Source of the DNA: a virus
Strand: one strand, 5' to 3'
DNA length: 64,000 nt
Virus record (IMG/VR): IMGVR_UViG_3300048837_000984
Location: 129,695 to 193,694 of that record
Below, one piece after another: positions 53,502 to 62,235 of this stretch. Under the pieces are notes generated by a model, which saw nothing but the letters and a program-made list of their open reading frames with translations, had not been told where the DNA came from and made no database searches. The position numbers and the translations under genes were made by a program. The number at the start of each line of letters is the position of its first letter. Positions within the stretch are counted from its first letter, which is position 1.

Positions 53502-54896
53502 TTATTCGATAGAACCGGCGTCATCGAGCATGACTGTGGACGAACCGCCTGAATTTTCAATATACAGGATAACCGCGCTATGCGGCGGTATCAACTTGCG
53601 CAGCAGTGCCAGGTTACTGAACGGAAGCGCGTCTTCTCCGACCTGGTCGGTCTTTATCTTCACGACGTAACAGTTGTGTCGAAAGACGTTCTCGAATAAG
53701 AACCGCAAAGGGTTGATAGTTGCTGGCAAGTTGGTGCTATTTGGTTCTTCCGTTGGGTTGTCTCTGACGTCCAGGCAGTCTGCCATCGTCACACCGGCCG
53801 CTATCCCTTTGGTGTGCATCTCGTCAAAGAAAGCGGTCACATCTGCCGCCGCACCATCCAGCGTCCAGGCTACTCGCAGTTTTCCGGTTACAACGCTGGT
53901 CGTGATCGCCACTTCTTCGTTTGCAAAACCCAAGGTACCTGTAACAGCAGAGGACAGAAACCCGCCATCTAGGTCAATCTGGTCGATTTCCTCTGCAGTC
54001 GGATAGGATCCGCTGTTTGGCGCATATACCTTGAGCGTGTCGTCGAGCCATTCGCCAGGTGACAGCGAGTCACCCACACTGACCAGCAAAGTACTGTCTG
54101 GGTTAACTTCGTAGACGTTCTTGTCCGTGATGACCTGACGTCGTCCGGTCGACTCGTAGATAACCTCAACTGTCTCGTAATCCTTGGCGAGCGGGGTGTC
54201 ACATACGGCGGATAGGATCTCGTTGATGGTCAAGTCACTGGTACCGCCGACGATGCTGTCCAGGAATCCGTTCACGGCGTTTCGGAAGGATTCTGTTGAG
54301 GCCCCAGACAGCTTCACTGCTGCGCCGTAGAGGTCCTGAACCCAGGTTCGGGTAAGGTCGACTTCGTACAGCCACAAAATAATAAAGTCCCGACCGTCTT
54401 CAGTCTCGACGGCAAAGCCACCGTCGAACGGGTCTTCTGCGAACAAAATCCGGCTATTTTCTGCGTCCAGGAACACGTCGAGTCCGTTAACCAGGATGGT
54501 TGTCGGCGTTACGATCTGGTCGCAGATGAAATGGAAGTTCTCCAGGTCTGTGTCGGCTGGGTAGTTGACGCTCCTGTCCTTGGGTCTGCCATACAAAACC
54601 GTTTCCCCGGTTGTCGGCTGACTTCCGTAAACGTATCCGGATCCGTAACTGACCGCGTCAGCGTACGAGAGTTCGTCCTGGTAGATCTTGAGGCTGTGCC
54701 AGCGGACGCGACGAGCGAGAGGAACAGTAAACCGCGACTGGGACTCTACGAGCGTCTCGAGGTCACGGAAGTTTCGGACTTCTAGCTCAGATTTGGCACG
54801 AAGAATGGCTGAAATGAGCTCCTTGTCGTCGTGGAGCTCGGTCCAGTAGTTGCCTAGAAGTTCGGCTAAGGCATTCGGGTCTTCTAGCTTGTTCAT
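53502..54896 (-). CDS. Baseplate wedge-like structural protein
   Basis: 464-aa acidic ORF ending LLRKLIPPHSAV (the baseplate wedge-type xxxPAH pattern). Confidence 0.55.
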   Translation of the reverse strand: MNKLEDPNALAELLGNYWTELHDDKELISAILRAKSELEVRNFRDLETLVESQSRFTVPLARRVRWHSLKIYQDELSYADAVSYGSGYVYGSQPTTGETVLYGRPKDRSVNYPADTDLENFHFICDQIVTPTTILVNGLDVFLDAENSRILFAEDPFDGGFAVETEDGRDFIILWLYEVDLTRTWVQDLYGAAVKLSGASTESFRNAVNGFLDSIVGGTSDLTINEILSAVCDTPLAKDYETVEVIYESTGRRQVITDKNVYEVNPDSTLLVSVGDSLSPGEWLDDTLKVYAPNSGSYPTAEEIDQIDLDGGFLSSAVTGTLGFANEEVAITTSVVTGKLRVAWTLDGAAADVTAFFDEMHTKGIAAGVTMADCLDVRDNPTEEPNSTNLPATINPLRFLFENVFRHNCYVVKIKTDQVGEDALPFSNLALLRKLIPPHSAVILYIENSGGSSTVMLDDAGSIE

Positions 54897-54902
54897 CTTG
54901 CC

Positions 54903-54939
54903 CTCGCTTTGAGATACGTCTAGTTTATCTCAAAGCGAG
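54903..54939. repeat. 14-bp perfect hairpin just upstream of the 54896 start
   Basis: CTCGCTTTGAGATA-CGTCTAGTT-TATCTCAAAGCGAG. Confidence 0.9.
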
Positions 54940-54967
54940 TGCGAACGACACAACGCTGTGTCTCGTG

Positions 54968-55339
54968 TCAGGCCCGAATCTCGGCGACCTCAAAAGGCGT
55001 CAAAGATTCGATTGGGCTAGCACCAGCCGCAGCCGCAAAGAACTGCCCGCGGCGGCGGTAAGCTGCTAGGCGGGCTTTTGTAAACTGCTTGACCTTGTGC
55101 CTGTGGGTCACGATACCCCACACGTTGAGCCACCAGATCTTCTCGCCCTGTTCGAGCAGCATTTTCTCAGCGCGGTTCCAGAGAGCTATCTCAGCTGCTT
55201 GTCCGTTGCTGGGGAACCCGGGAGGTAGGTTTTCGGCATCCAGACTTTTAGCTGCGTCATTCAGGAGATCCAGCAGCCACTTCAGCAGCAACGGGGCCAA
55301 GAACTCGATCAAAATTGCAGCCAGGCTAACCCAGGACAT
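54968..55339 (-). CDS. Hypothetical protein with hydrophobic N-terminus
   Basis: MSWVSLAAILIEFLAPLLLKWLL; AGGAG RBS. Confidence 0.7.
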   Translation of the reverse strand: MSWVSLAAILIEFLAPLLLKWLLDLLNDAAKSLDAENLPPGFPSNGQAAEIALWNRAEKMLLEQGEKIWWLNVWGIVTHRHKVKQFTKARLAAYRRRGQFFAAAAGASPIESLTPFEVAEIRA

Positions 55340-55352
55340 CTGTGCTCCTTAC

Positions 55353-55380
55353 AGAAAGAGACCCGCCAGCCGGCGGGTCT
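55353..55380 (-). terminator. Rho-independent terminator
   Basis: AGACCCGCC-GGCT-GGCGGGTCT followed by CTTTCT. Confidence 0.7.
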
Positions 55381-55387
55381 TGTTGTG

Positions 55388-55732
55388 TTACTTGTCGCTG
55401 AGAAGCTCTAGAGCCAGCTTGTAGAGGCTCTCGATGAGAGTCTTCCAGGGGAACGCGATCGCAGCCACCACAGGTGTCTGTGCATTGACCTGGTGCTCGA
55501 GATTGGTCTGCAGCGTCTCCAGAAGAGAGCCCAGAGGAGCTGCCTCGAACGATCCGACTGGAGTCGGGTGGGTGGTCACGTTGTCCAGACCGTATCCGAT
55601 GACGGTCCATACAGCGTTCAGCAGACAGTGCAGGTCAGCTTTGTTTCGTCCGGTAACGTGGTCGACCAGAACGGTCACCGCGGACAGGACCTGCGGTAGC
55701 GCTGGATAGGGGTAGTTCACGGCTTTCTCCAT
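55388..55732 (-). CDS. Hypothetical protein
   Basis: 114-aa ORF with amphipathic ends. Confidence 0.7.
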   Translation of the reverse strand: MEKAVNYPYPALPQVLSAVTVLVDHVTGRNKADLHCLLNAVWTVIGYGLDNVTTHPTPVGSFEAAPLGSLLETLQTNLEHQVNAQTPVVAAIAFPWKTLIESLYKLALELLSDK

Positions 55733-55752
55733 AGGTAAAGGGTCTCTCGCTA

Positions 55753-56391
55753 CTATATTCCGGCAGTCTCACCCTCGTCAAGGACCGAGCGGATCCGATC
55801 AACCACGAGTTGTACGTCTATTTCCGTCTTTCTTGAAAAGTTCGTAGTTCGGTAACTGCCAACGGAAATATAGATAAGCTCCGAATCCACCACACCGAGG
55901 TAGTACATCTGGCTGAACAGAACACCCTCACTCTCGTAATAAGCCTTTAGACGCGAATCGTTGGGCATCTTTTCAGTCACCTTGCTTACGACGCCCTGCG
56001 CCAGCATCTCTTTCAGCATAGCCACATAGTCAGCGTCCACGCTTAAAGCGAAGTCGAATTTCTGGAGCGGGTCTTGTTTCTCTTTGTCGCTAGTCCAGCC
56101 ATCGATCGCTCGGACTGTGTAGGGTTTTCCAGGTACTGGGACTCCGCCACAGTTATGTCCTCGGAAAAGGACAACTCTCTGGACCTCTTCAATGTCGCGG
56201 ACAGACTCAACCAGGGCCAGAAATTTAGCGACGCGGCTGATGTGTGTAAGGTAGCTCTTTCGTCGCATGTTGTTAGTAACAGACCTGAACCAGGTCGTTA
56301 CGACTTCTCTCAAGCCAGTGAAAACTATAGTTATCAAGCTAACCAGGCCTAGCGACAGGGCGGTTAGGACAGCTGCTTGCCATGTTTCCAT
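55753..56391 (-). CDS. N-terminally anchored membrane protein (holin-like candidate)
   Basis: One N-terminal TM segment plus a soluble domain; AGGAG RBS. Confidence 0.55.
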   Translation of the reverse strand: METWQAAVLTALSLGLVSLITIVFTGLREVVTTWFRSVTNNMRRKSYLTHISRVAKFLALVESVRDIEEVQRVVLFRGHNCGGVPVPGKPYTVRAIDGWTSDKEKQDPLQKFDFALSVDADYVAMLKEMLAQGVVSKVTEKMPNDSRLKAYYESEGVLFSQMYYLGVVDSELIYISVGSYRTTNFSRKTEIDVQLVVDRIRSVLDEGETAGI

Positions 56392-56467
56392 TGGCTCCTC
56401 CGTGGCCAGTATCAGCTAAACTGTAGCAATCTAACTGGTTTAGCGACGAATCCGTGGCCACGGTACG

Positions 56468-56986
56468 TTACAGAGGCCTCGGCTCGTCCTTGAACTTCTC
56501 GGTAATACGGCTCTCCAGACTCGGATACGATCGAATTCTGTTCTCTATCTGTTTGGCTGTCTGAAGCATGCAGTTGCATACTCCTATCGACACCTTGTTG
56601 ACATCGACGTTCTCGAATATGGCGTCACAGTATTCCCACTCGTGGTCCATTCGCAGTATGGCCAGGGTTTGGGTGATGTAGTCGATGGCGGCACCTTCAG
56701 ATAAACGATCAAGCGCGTATGTGTGTTCCAGGACCACCTCCTTTACGGACGTGTCTACCATCTCACGACGGACGCAATTTACAAAGCGTACCGCTGGTAT
56801 GGCGGCAGCGGCGAGTACGAGAGCTATAGCCGAGACCCAGTACATACCTTCCCAAGCCGCGGTTACGGAGAGACCCAGAAGAAGTCCACTGGCTGCAACC
56901 AGCGTACTGACTACAAGCCAGAAGAAGACCCGTGGAATGTCTCGCACGTTTTTGTCCATCGCAAAGCCCCTTAAGTGACGCATCAC
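56468..56986 (-). CDS. Two-TM membrane protein
   Basis: VFFWLVVSTLVAASGLLLGLSV and YWVSAIALVLAAAAI. Confidence 0.65.
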   Translation of the reverse strand: MMRHLRGFAMDKNVRDIPRVFFWLVVSTLVAASGLLLGLSVTAAWEGMYWVSAIALVLAAAAIPAVRFVNCVRREMVDTSVKEVVLEHTYALDRLSEGAAIDYITQTLAILRMDHEWEYCDAIFENVDVNKVSIGVCNCMLQTAKQIENRIRSYPSLESRITEKFKDEPRPL

Positions 56987-57044
56987 GGGGTCCCTCCATA
57001 CTAATAAACGTTTTACCGATTATCTACCGGGGCGAAGCGGTAAT

Positions 57045-57070
57045 GAAAAATGGGAGCCGCACGGGCTCCC
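57045..57070 (-). terminator. Rho-independent terminator
   Basis: GGGAGCC-CGTGC-GGCTCCC followed by ATTTTTC. Confidence 0.8.
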
Positions 57071-57082
57071 TGGGAATCAGCG

Positions 57083-57322
57083 TCAGCCACCTGGCGGACA
57101 CCACGGAACTGCCTGCGGGGCATAGATAGGGGCAGGATAGACCACCTGCGGGTAGACCACCGGAGCCGGGGGCACCCACGTCGGCGGCAGCGAGCCGATA
57201 CGGTAGATCACCTGTACAGGTTCCTCTTTGGGAACGTCATCCACAATCGGCAAAACCGTCTGAGGAGGACAAGGAGCCTGCGGAGGGGCAGATAGAATCA
57301 GCAGTAAGGTCATTGTCAGCAC
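57083..57322 (-). CDS. Small Pro-rich protein with hydrophobic N-terminus
   Basis: GGAGG then GTG; MLTMTLLLILSAPPQAPCPPQ...YPAPIYAP. Confidence 0.6.
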   Translation of the reverse strand: MLTMTLLLILSAPPQAPCPPQTVLPIVDDVPKEEPVQVIYRIGSLPPTWVPPAPVVYPQVVYPAPIYAPQAVPWCPPGG

Positions 57323-57332
57323 GAGAGCCTCC

Positions 57333-58181
57333 TTACGCAGCCACGACGGTTCGCGTGCAGATTGCACCGTTGGGGATGGCCCGATTACCTTGAAGAACTG
57401 CCAGACCGAATCGCCCCCAGTTCTTCCAGCTGTTCAGGATTAACAAGCCAAAAGATCCGGCTTCAACCTGAACGATGCGCAGAGCACATACCGAATGTCC
57501 CCACCAGTTGAAGTCGACAGCACATGGCTGGTTACCGAACAGGGCTGTGGCGACCTGGTCGAAGGCCAGGTTCTGGTAGTAGACCGGACGCGTCAAGTCT
57601 ACCCAGTCTTCTACGATGCGGTACTTCTTCATGTTCTCGCGAAGGGCTGGCGTGTCGTAGGCGAGGTTGCGGGAGTGGAGTGGCCACTGCCCTGGACCGT
57701 TGCCCTCTTCAGCATAGCCCACCCTTCTCCCGAATTCGGCGGACAGCCCGCACCAGCCGCCCTCGTCAACGCCTCGCTTGATGATTGCAGCTACCGAATG
57801 GGGGTTGAGTCGGACCAATGGCTGATTGTCTCGCAGGCGTGAAATCATGACCGTGTGTCCGGTCGAGTACGCCCAGCAGTACCCGTGACCATTCTGGTCC
57901 AGGCAGGTGAACCGAGGCTGATTGCCAGAGGCACCCAAGTAGATGTGCTCCAGAGAAGCTTGCTGCTCTTGCTGTTCCTGGCACCTGGCAGCCCACTCCG
58001 AGCGAGGGATCACCTTCATTTCGCTCGGGGGAGCAAACATCTCTTCAGGATATAGGTTGTAGTCCCGTTCGACATATCCACGACCGAAGACGTTCCCATT
58101 CTCATCCTTGACGTTGAACAGGTCATCTACCGGCGTACTATCGTCAATGAGTGGAATTCCGTTCCACATCTTGTAAGCCAT
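57333..58181 (-). CDS. Papain-like (C1) cysteine peptidase
   Basis: DQNGHGYCWAYS (Q/C), WWGHSV (H), LILNSW (N). Confidence 0.88.
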   Translation of the reverse strand: MAYKMWNGIPLIDDSTPVDDLFNVKDENGNVFGRGYVERDYNLYPEEMFAPPSEMKVIPRSEWAARCQEQQEQQASLEHIYLGASGNQPRFTCLDQNGHGYCWAYSTGHTVMISRLRDNQPLVRLNPHSVAAIIKRGVDEGGWCGLSAEFGRRVGYAEEGNGPGQWPLHSRNLAYDTPALRENMKKYRIVEDWVDLTRPVYYQNLAFDQVATALFGNQPCAVDFNWWGHSVCALRIVQVEAGSFGLLILNSWKNWGRFGLAVLQGNRAIPNGAICTRTVVAA

Positions 58182-58915
58182 TACTCGCCTCCGTATTTTT
58201 TCAGGAGCTTGATAGTTTCGTCCACGGTACCCGGTAGCGGCCCTTCGAAGCCCGTCTTACCGTTAGAGATGACGATCCAGGGGATCGATTTACGGTCTCG
58301 ATTCATAGCTTTTGCCCAGACAGCACCAGCGCCCGAAGCGTCGACGTCTTTGTCCCAGATGCGCCATTCCTTGGTTTTGTTGTCGGAGCCGACAACGCAC
58401 TTCTGATCTAGGTAGTCTCGAACCTTCTTGCTGAATAGCACTGAAGACTGCTCTTTGGGCAGCTCGCCAACGGTTGCAGTTTCGTAAACCATCAGCACAC
58501 GGAATCCGGCCTCCGGAATTGGAGCAGGATTGTCCGGATCTGGCGTCGGACCCGGCTCTGGGCCGGGTTCCGGTCCTGGATCAGGGGCGTTACCTACGAC
58601 GACAGTCTTTCGCAGGATGCTGGGGACGGATGCCCCGTCCTTATCCACAGTGATTGCGATGAGAAGAATTTCGTACTTGCCGGGTGGAGCAACAAAAATG
58701 AGCTCCGGGTTTCGTTTGTCGGTGGCCAGGTCAACCTTCGCAAAAGGCTGGACGTCCCACACAACGTTAGCCTTACCTTCTAGGCCGTCAATCTTCTGGC
58801 GAACCAACTTGTACGGCTCGACCTTATCTGGTCCGACGATTGTCGGGTCGGCTGTGACAAGTCCGACCACGCAGGCCAGAATTGCCAGAGCACGGAACAG
58901 GATGCCAGTTTTCAA
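58181..58915 (-). CDS. Signal-peptide protein with Pro linker and thioredoxin-like C-terminal domain
   Basis: MKTGILFRALAILACVVGLVTA signal; PDPGPEPGPEP linker; IPWIVISNG...GPLP. Confidence 0.7.
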   Translation of the reverse strand: MKTGILFRALAILACVVGLVTADPTIVGPDKVEPYKLVRQKIDGLEGKANVVWDVQPFAKVDLATDKRNPELIFVAPPGKYEILLIAITVDKDGASVPSILRKTVVVGNAPDPGPEPGPEPGPTPDPDNPAPIPEAGFRVLMVYETATVGELPKEQSSVLFSKKVRDYLDQKCVVGSDNKTKEWRIWDKDVDASGAGAVWAKAMNRDRKSIPWIVISNGKTGFEGPLPGTVDETIKLLKKYGGE

Positions 58916-58956
58916 CGTTATTCTCCTTTTTCTGTGTACAGTTGTCGATTGTAACC

Positions 58957-60618
58957 TTACAGGTTCGGGGTGTCGACCGTCGTGACTGTTATCGCGACGT
59001 CACTCGGCTGGCAAAGCAAAGCAACGGTTCTGCCAGTTGTCATGTCTGCGGGCGCGTCTGGAATGGTCAACAAGGTGCTGCTCCGAACAATACTCTCCGA
59101 CCCGGATGGTTTTCGCACCCTGCCCAACATGTCGATACTCGTCACGCTCACAAGACCGGTCGGAATCAGCGTGTGCATCAGGTTCGACAGGAAAGAAGCC
59201 GATAGCGAACCTGCAAACCCAAGACCGTTGATAGCATCCGAGACCGCCTGCTGCATCGAAGCTGTGCTTGGCGCTGTAATACCTGCCTTGATATTAGCCG
59301 TTAAGCTGATGGACAGAAAACAGGGAACCGCAGCCTTCACACAAATATCACTCATGGTCGGACGAACCGACCGCTGGGTCAGGTAGGCTTGCAGTTCCAA
59401 CACCAGGGGCATGTGGCGAACAACAACGTTGTAACTCTTCGTGGAGACGCCAGTCGTTAGACTTGTTGCGTCGGTCACCGTGTCTGTAAACGTCACGGTG
59501 CTGGTCTGGAAGTTGGTGTACACAGCCTCAGTAGCTGACGTAATGTCTGGGATAAACTCGTGGTCGTCGTCTTCGGTCAGACTGTATGATCGCGTTTCCG
59601 TGAGAACGCTGTAGCCGGCTGCAGTGGCGTCCGAAGTCGTTAGCTGGATCTTCTCGATCTCGTAGTAACCCGGAGCCTCATCTCGGGTAACACTGAATTG
59701 CCAGGTGCCAACCGCTCCAACCTTTGACAGCAAGGTGGCTGTCTTGGCCAGCGTTGTCGTCTTCCAACCCAGCTGGCTAATCAGGTACAGATCGACCCGA
59801 CCGCCGAGAGAGCCTGGCCAGATCGAGTGCTGGTCTCGCAGCATCTCCGCGTCGCCAAACCCGATGATCGACAAAGAAATTATGTCGGCGAAGTCTTCCT
59901 GGGCTCGAATCATGGATTCAATGGTGACTCGGTTGGACCAAGCTCGAACTCCCACTCCGGCTTCGACACGCGCAATTAGCGCTGCGTTCGTTTCGTCGTC
60001 GACGCCGCCGGTGAAGTCAGCAGCCGCATAGGCTTTGACAAAAGCCGGAATAACCGCCTCCGTCGTTGCGGTTGCTGCCCGCTTGGCGTTGCTGGCCGTA
60101 CCAACAGCTGATGCTGTGACAGCCACGTTGAAGCCCCATCGCCCAGCCTCCATGGCTGTCAGCAGGCGGTCGTTGTCGGTCAGAACCAAGCCAGAGCTTG
60201 TCCGACCCATGTAGGCTTCGTCTGTCGTGTAGTCCAGATCGTTGATCGTGAAAACCGTACCGGCTGGGATGACGACAGGCTGTAACGCGCTAAAAACCAG
60301 AGTCAGGTTGCCGGTAGCGTACGTCCCCGCTTTTCGGCTAATCAGGTAATTCGAAGCCAGGCGATCAACCACATCCGTGTCCGCTCCAGCGGGGTCGTCG
60401 ACCACGGCTTGGACAGAACTGGAGTCTTGAACTAGCTCAATGTTTCTGTTGTTTACCGCAGACAGAACTGCTGACGGTTGCAGAACAAGGTCGTGGACTA
60501 CCCCCCGCTTCAGGTCAACTTCAGCGTTGTACTCCTGAACGATAGTCTTGTTGAGCTCTTTCTGCTGATCGACTTCAGCCTGCGTGAGGTCGGTAAGGCT
60601 GGTAACTGAGACAGTCAT
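58957..60618 (-). CDS. Baseplate J-like protein
   Basis: ATGNLTLVFS...IPAGTVF...ASAVGTASN...FTGGVDDETNAALIAR. Confidence 0.85.
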   Translation of the reverse strand: MTVSVTSLTDLTQAEVDQQKELNKTIVQEYNAEVDLKRGVVHDLVLQPSAVLSAVNNRNIELVQDSSSVQAVVDDPAGADTDVVDRLASNYLISRKAGTYATGNLTLVFSALQPVVIPAGTVFTINDLDYTTDEAYMGRTSSGLVLTDNDRLLTAMEAGRWGFNVAVTASAVGTASNAKRAATATTEAVIPAFVKAYAAADFTGGVDDETNAALIARVEAGVGVRAWSNRVTIESMIRAQEDFADIISLSIIGFGDAEMLRDQHSIWPGSLGGRVDLYLISQLGWKTTTLAKTATLLSKVGAVGTWQFSVTRDEAPGYYEIEKIQLTTSDATAAGYSVLTETRSYSLTEDDDHEFIPDITSATEAVYTNFQTSTVTFTDTVTDATSLTTGVSTKSYNVVVRHMPLVLELQAYLTQRSVRPTMSDICVKAAVPCFLSISLTANIKAGITAPSTASMQQAVSDAINGLGFAGSLSASFLSNLMHTLIPTGLVSVTSIDMLGRVRKPSGSESIVRSSTLLTIPDAPADMTTGRTVALLCQPSDVAITVTTVDTPNL

Positions 60619-61064
60619 CAGAATTCTCCCTTGCGTAGGCTGAACTGAATCGGAACTCGAACTCCGATCGACTCTCCCAGCTTGTTATTGATTTTTATGT
60701 CCAGACGAAGCGAACCGTTCATCACGGTTAACTTCTGAAGGTACGCTGCACCGAACCGCTCGCTGTTGTCGTCAGTTGCCAACTCTTCTTTGGCCAGGCT
60801 AGACGCAACATCGACAGAAGCCGCGGTAAAAGCAGCAAAGACGTCTGCCTCAGATACAGCACCGCCGTCAACAATCAGCGGCATGAATGTACTGCCCTCC
60901 GTCGCCATGTAGGGTATTGAGCCGCGGCGCGTCATCAGCTTCAAGAGATAACGCTGAGCTAGCTTCTGTATGCCCGTAACAGTGTCGCCGCTGCTGATCT
61001 CGTCAGCCAGCCTGTTGACATATTCGGTACCAGACTTTCGGTAAGCAGCGACGTCGTAGCTCAT
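60618..61064 (-). CDS. Baseplate wedge gp25-like protein
   Basis: Start MSYDV (ATGA overlap); TGIQKLAQRYLLKLMTRRGS...EGS. Confidence 0.75.
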   Translation of the reverse strand: MSYDVAAYRKSGTEYVNRLADEISSGDTVTGIQKLAQRYLLKLMTRRGSIPYMATEGSTFMPLIVDGGAVSEADVFAAFTAASVDVASSLAKEELATDDNSERFGAAYLQKLTVMNGSLRLDIKINNKLGESIGVRVPIQFSLRKGEF

Positions 61065-61483
61065 CGAGACCCCGAGGCGACAAGGTTCTGGGCGTAGAAG
61101 AACACGTTTCCAACCGGACCGTTGGTGTACGAGTGGCCAGCGCGACGAGCCGCGGCGTGGATCTTGTTGCGGACCGATGACGAGTACCGCAAGCGGATGG
61201 CCCGTTCCTGGGTCGAAAGGTAGTCGGCCTGAACTCGACAGGCCATCTCGTCGCCTACCGAGCCACCGTTGATCAGCACATCTTGGTACTGACTGCTGAG
61301 ATCTTCTCGCGAGTAACACAGGACAAAAGCCGTCGGGTCTAACGGGTTGCCAGTAAACCCAGACGGCAGCATCCAAACTCGGGTGTCGTCATTGAGTGTC
61401 GCGGCAGCAAGTGCTTCTGCATCCGCAAGCAGATAAGCCAGCTGGTCTGAGAAGTTACCGTCGGCGTAAATCGGCATTTGCAA
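61061..61483 (-). CDS. Hypothetical baseplate-region protein
   Basis: 140-aa ORF coupled to the gp25-like gene. Confidence 0.65.
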   Translation of the reverse strand: MQMPIYADGNFSDQLAYLLADAEALAAATLNDDTRVWMLPSGFTGNPLDPTAFVLCYSREDLSSQYQDVLINGGSVGDEMACRVQADYLSTQERAIRLRYSSSVRNKIHAAARRAGHSYTNGPVGNVFFYAQNLVASGSR

Positions 61484-61488
61484 CTCCT

Positions 61489-62235
61489 TTAGAGCAGCGG
61501 CGAATCCATGTCCTGCTTGAGATCAAGCCTAGACTGTATTCTAGCCGCTCGCTGGCTAACAGCACCAGCAGACAAACCTAGTGCCGAGGCGATCTGCTGC
61601 TTGCTGAGCTTCTTCCGGCCATACAGGCCTAGCGTGTGAGCCAGGATCAACTGATCCACCGGTTGCAGGTCGTGATAGATGAAGTCAACCCAGGTGTCGT
61701 CGTTGTTGTCCTTGACTGCCGGACTCATCTGTACCAACCCGTCGTCCGTCTGGATGGCTGAAAGAGACCCCTCCGACATGCCGGGTTGGGCCTGTCGAAT
61801 GTACCCTAGACGCTTCAAAGACATCCCAGCCTCTTCAGCGATCTCTTGATCGGACGGCAACCGACCCAGTCGATCGTGGAGCTCGTTTTCAGCGCTCTTA
61901 GCTCGTCCCAGCTCGATAGCGACTCGTTCCGGGATGCTGATGATCTGGCTCTCTTGTACCGAAGCACGGCGAAGGCCCTGTAGATTGGACATTAGATGTG
62001 TCCGCAGCTTGGCCTTCTTAGAGTCGTACTTCTTCAGAGCTTCCAGGGTCAGAAGCTTGGCCTTGGTGCGCAAGTTAGGGCTCGGCTTGGCTCCACCGTA
62101 GGTTCTAACCGCAGAGTCGACAACAGGTGTCAGAGCCTTCAACAGATCGCTTGTCGAAGCCGGGTCCTGTCTCTCTTGCCAGAGCTTGTAAGGCTCGGAG
62201 TATTCGTCCTCCAGATAGTCAAAGTCAAAGCTCAT
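61489..62235 (-). CDS. Sigma-70 family RNA polymerase sigma factor
   Basis: Region 2 (EALKKYD...LRTH), region 3 LGRLPSDQEIAEEAGMS, region 4 HTH LSKQQIASALGLSAGAVSQR. Confidence 0.9.
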   Translation of the reverse strand: MSFDFDYLEDEYSEPYKLWQERQDPASTSDLLKALTPVVDSAVRTYGGAKPSPNLRTKAKLLTLEALKKYDSKKAKLRTHLMSNLQGLRRASVQESQIISIPERVAIELGRAKSAENELHDRLGRLPSDQEIAEEAGMSLKRLGYIRQAQPGMSEGSLSAIQTDDGLVQMSPAVKDNNDDTWVDFIYHDLQPVDQLILAHTLGLYGRKKLSKQQIASALGLSAGAVSQRAARIQSRLDLKQDMDSPLL

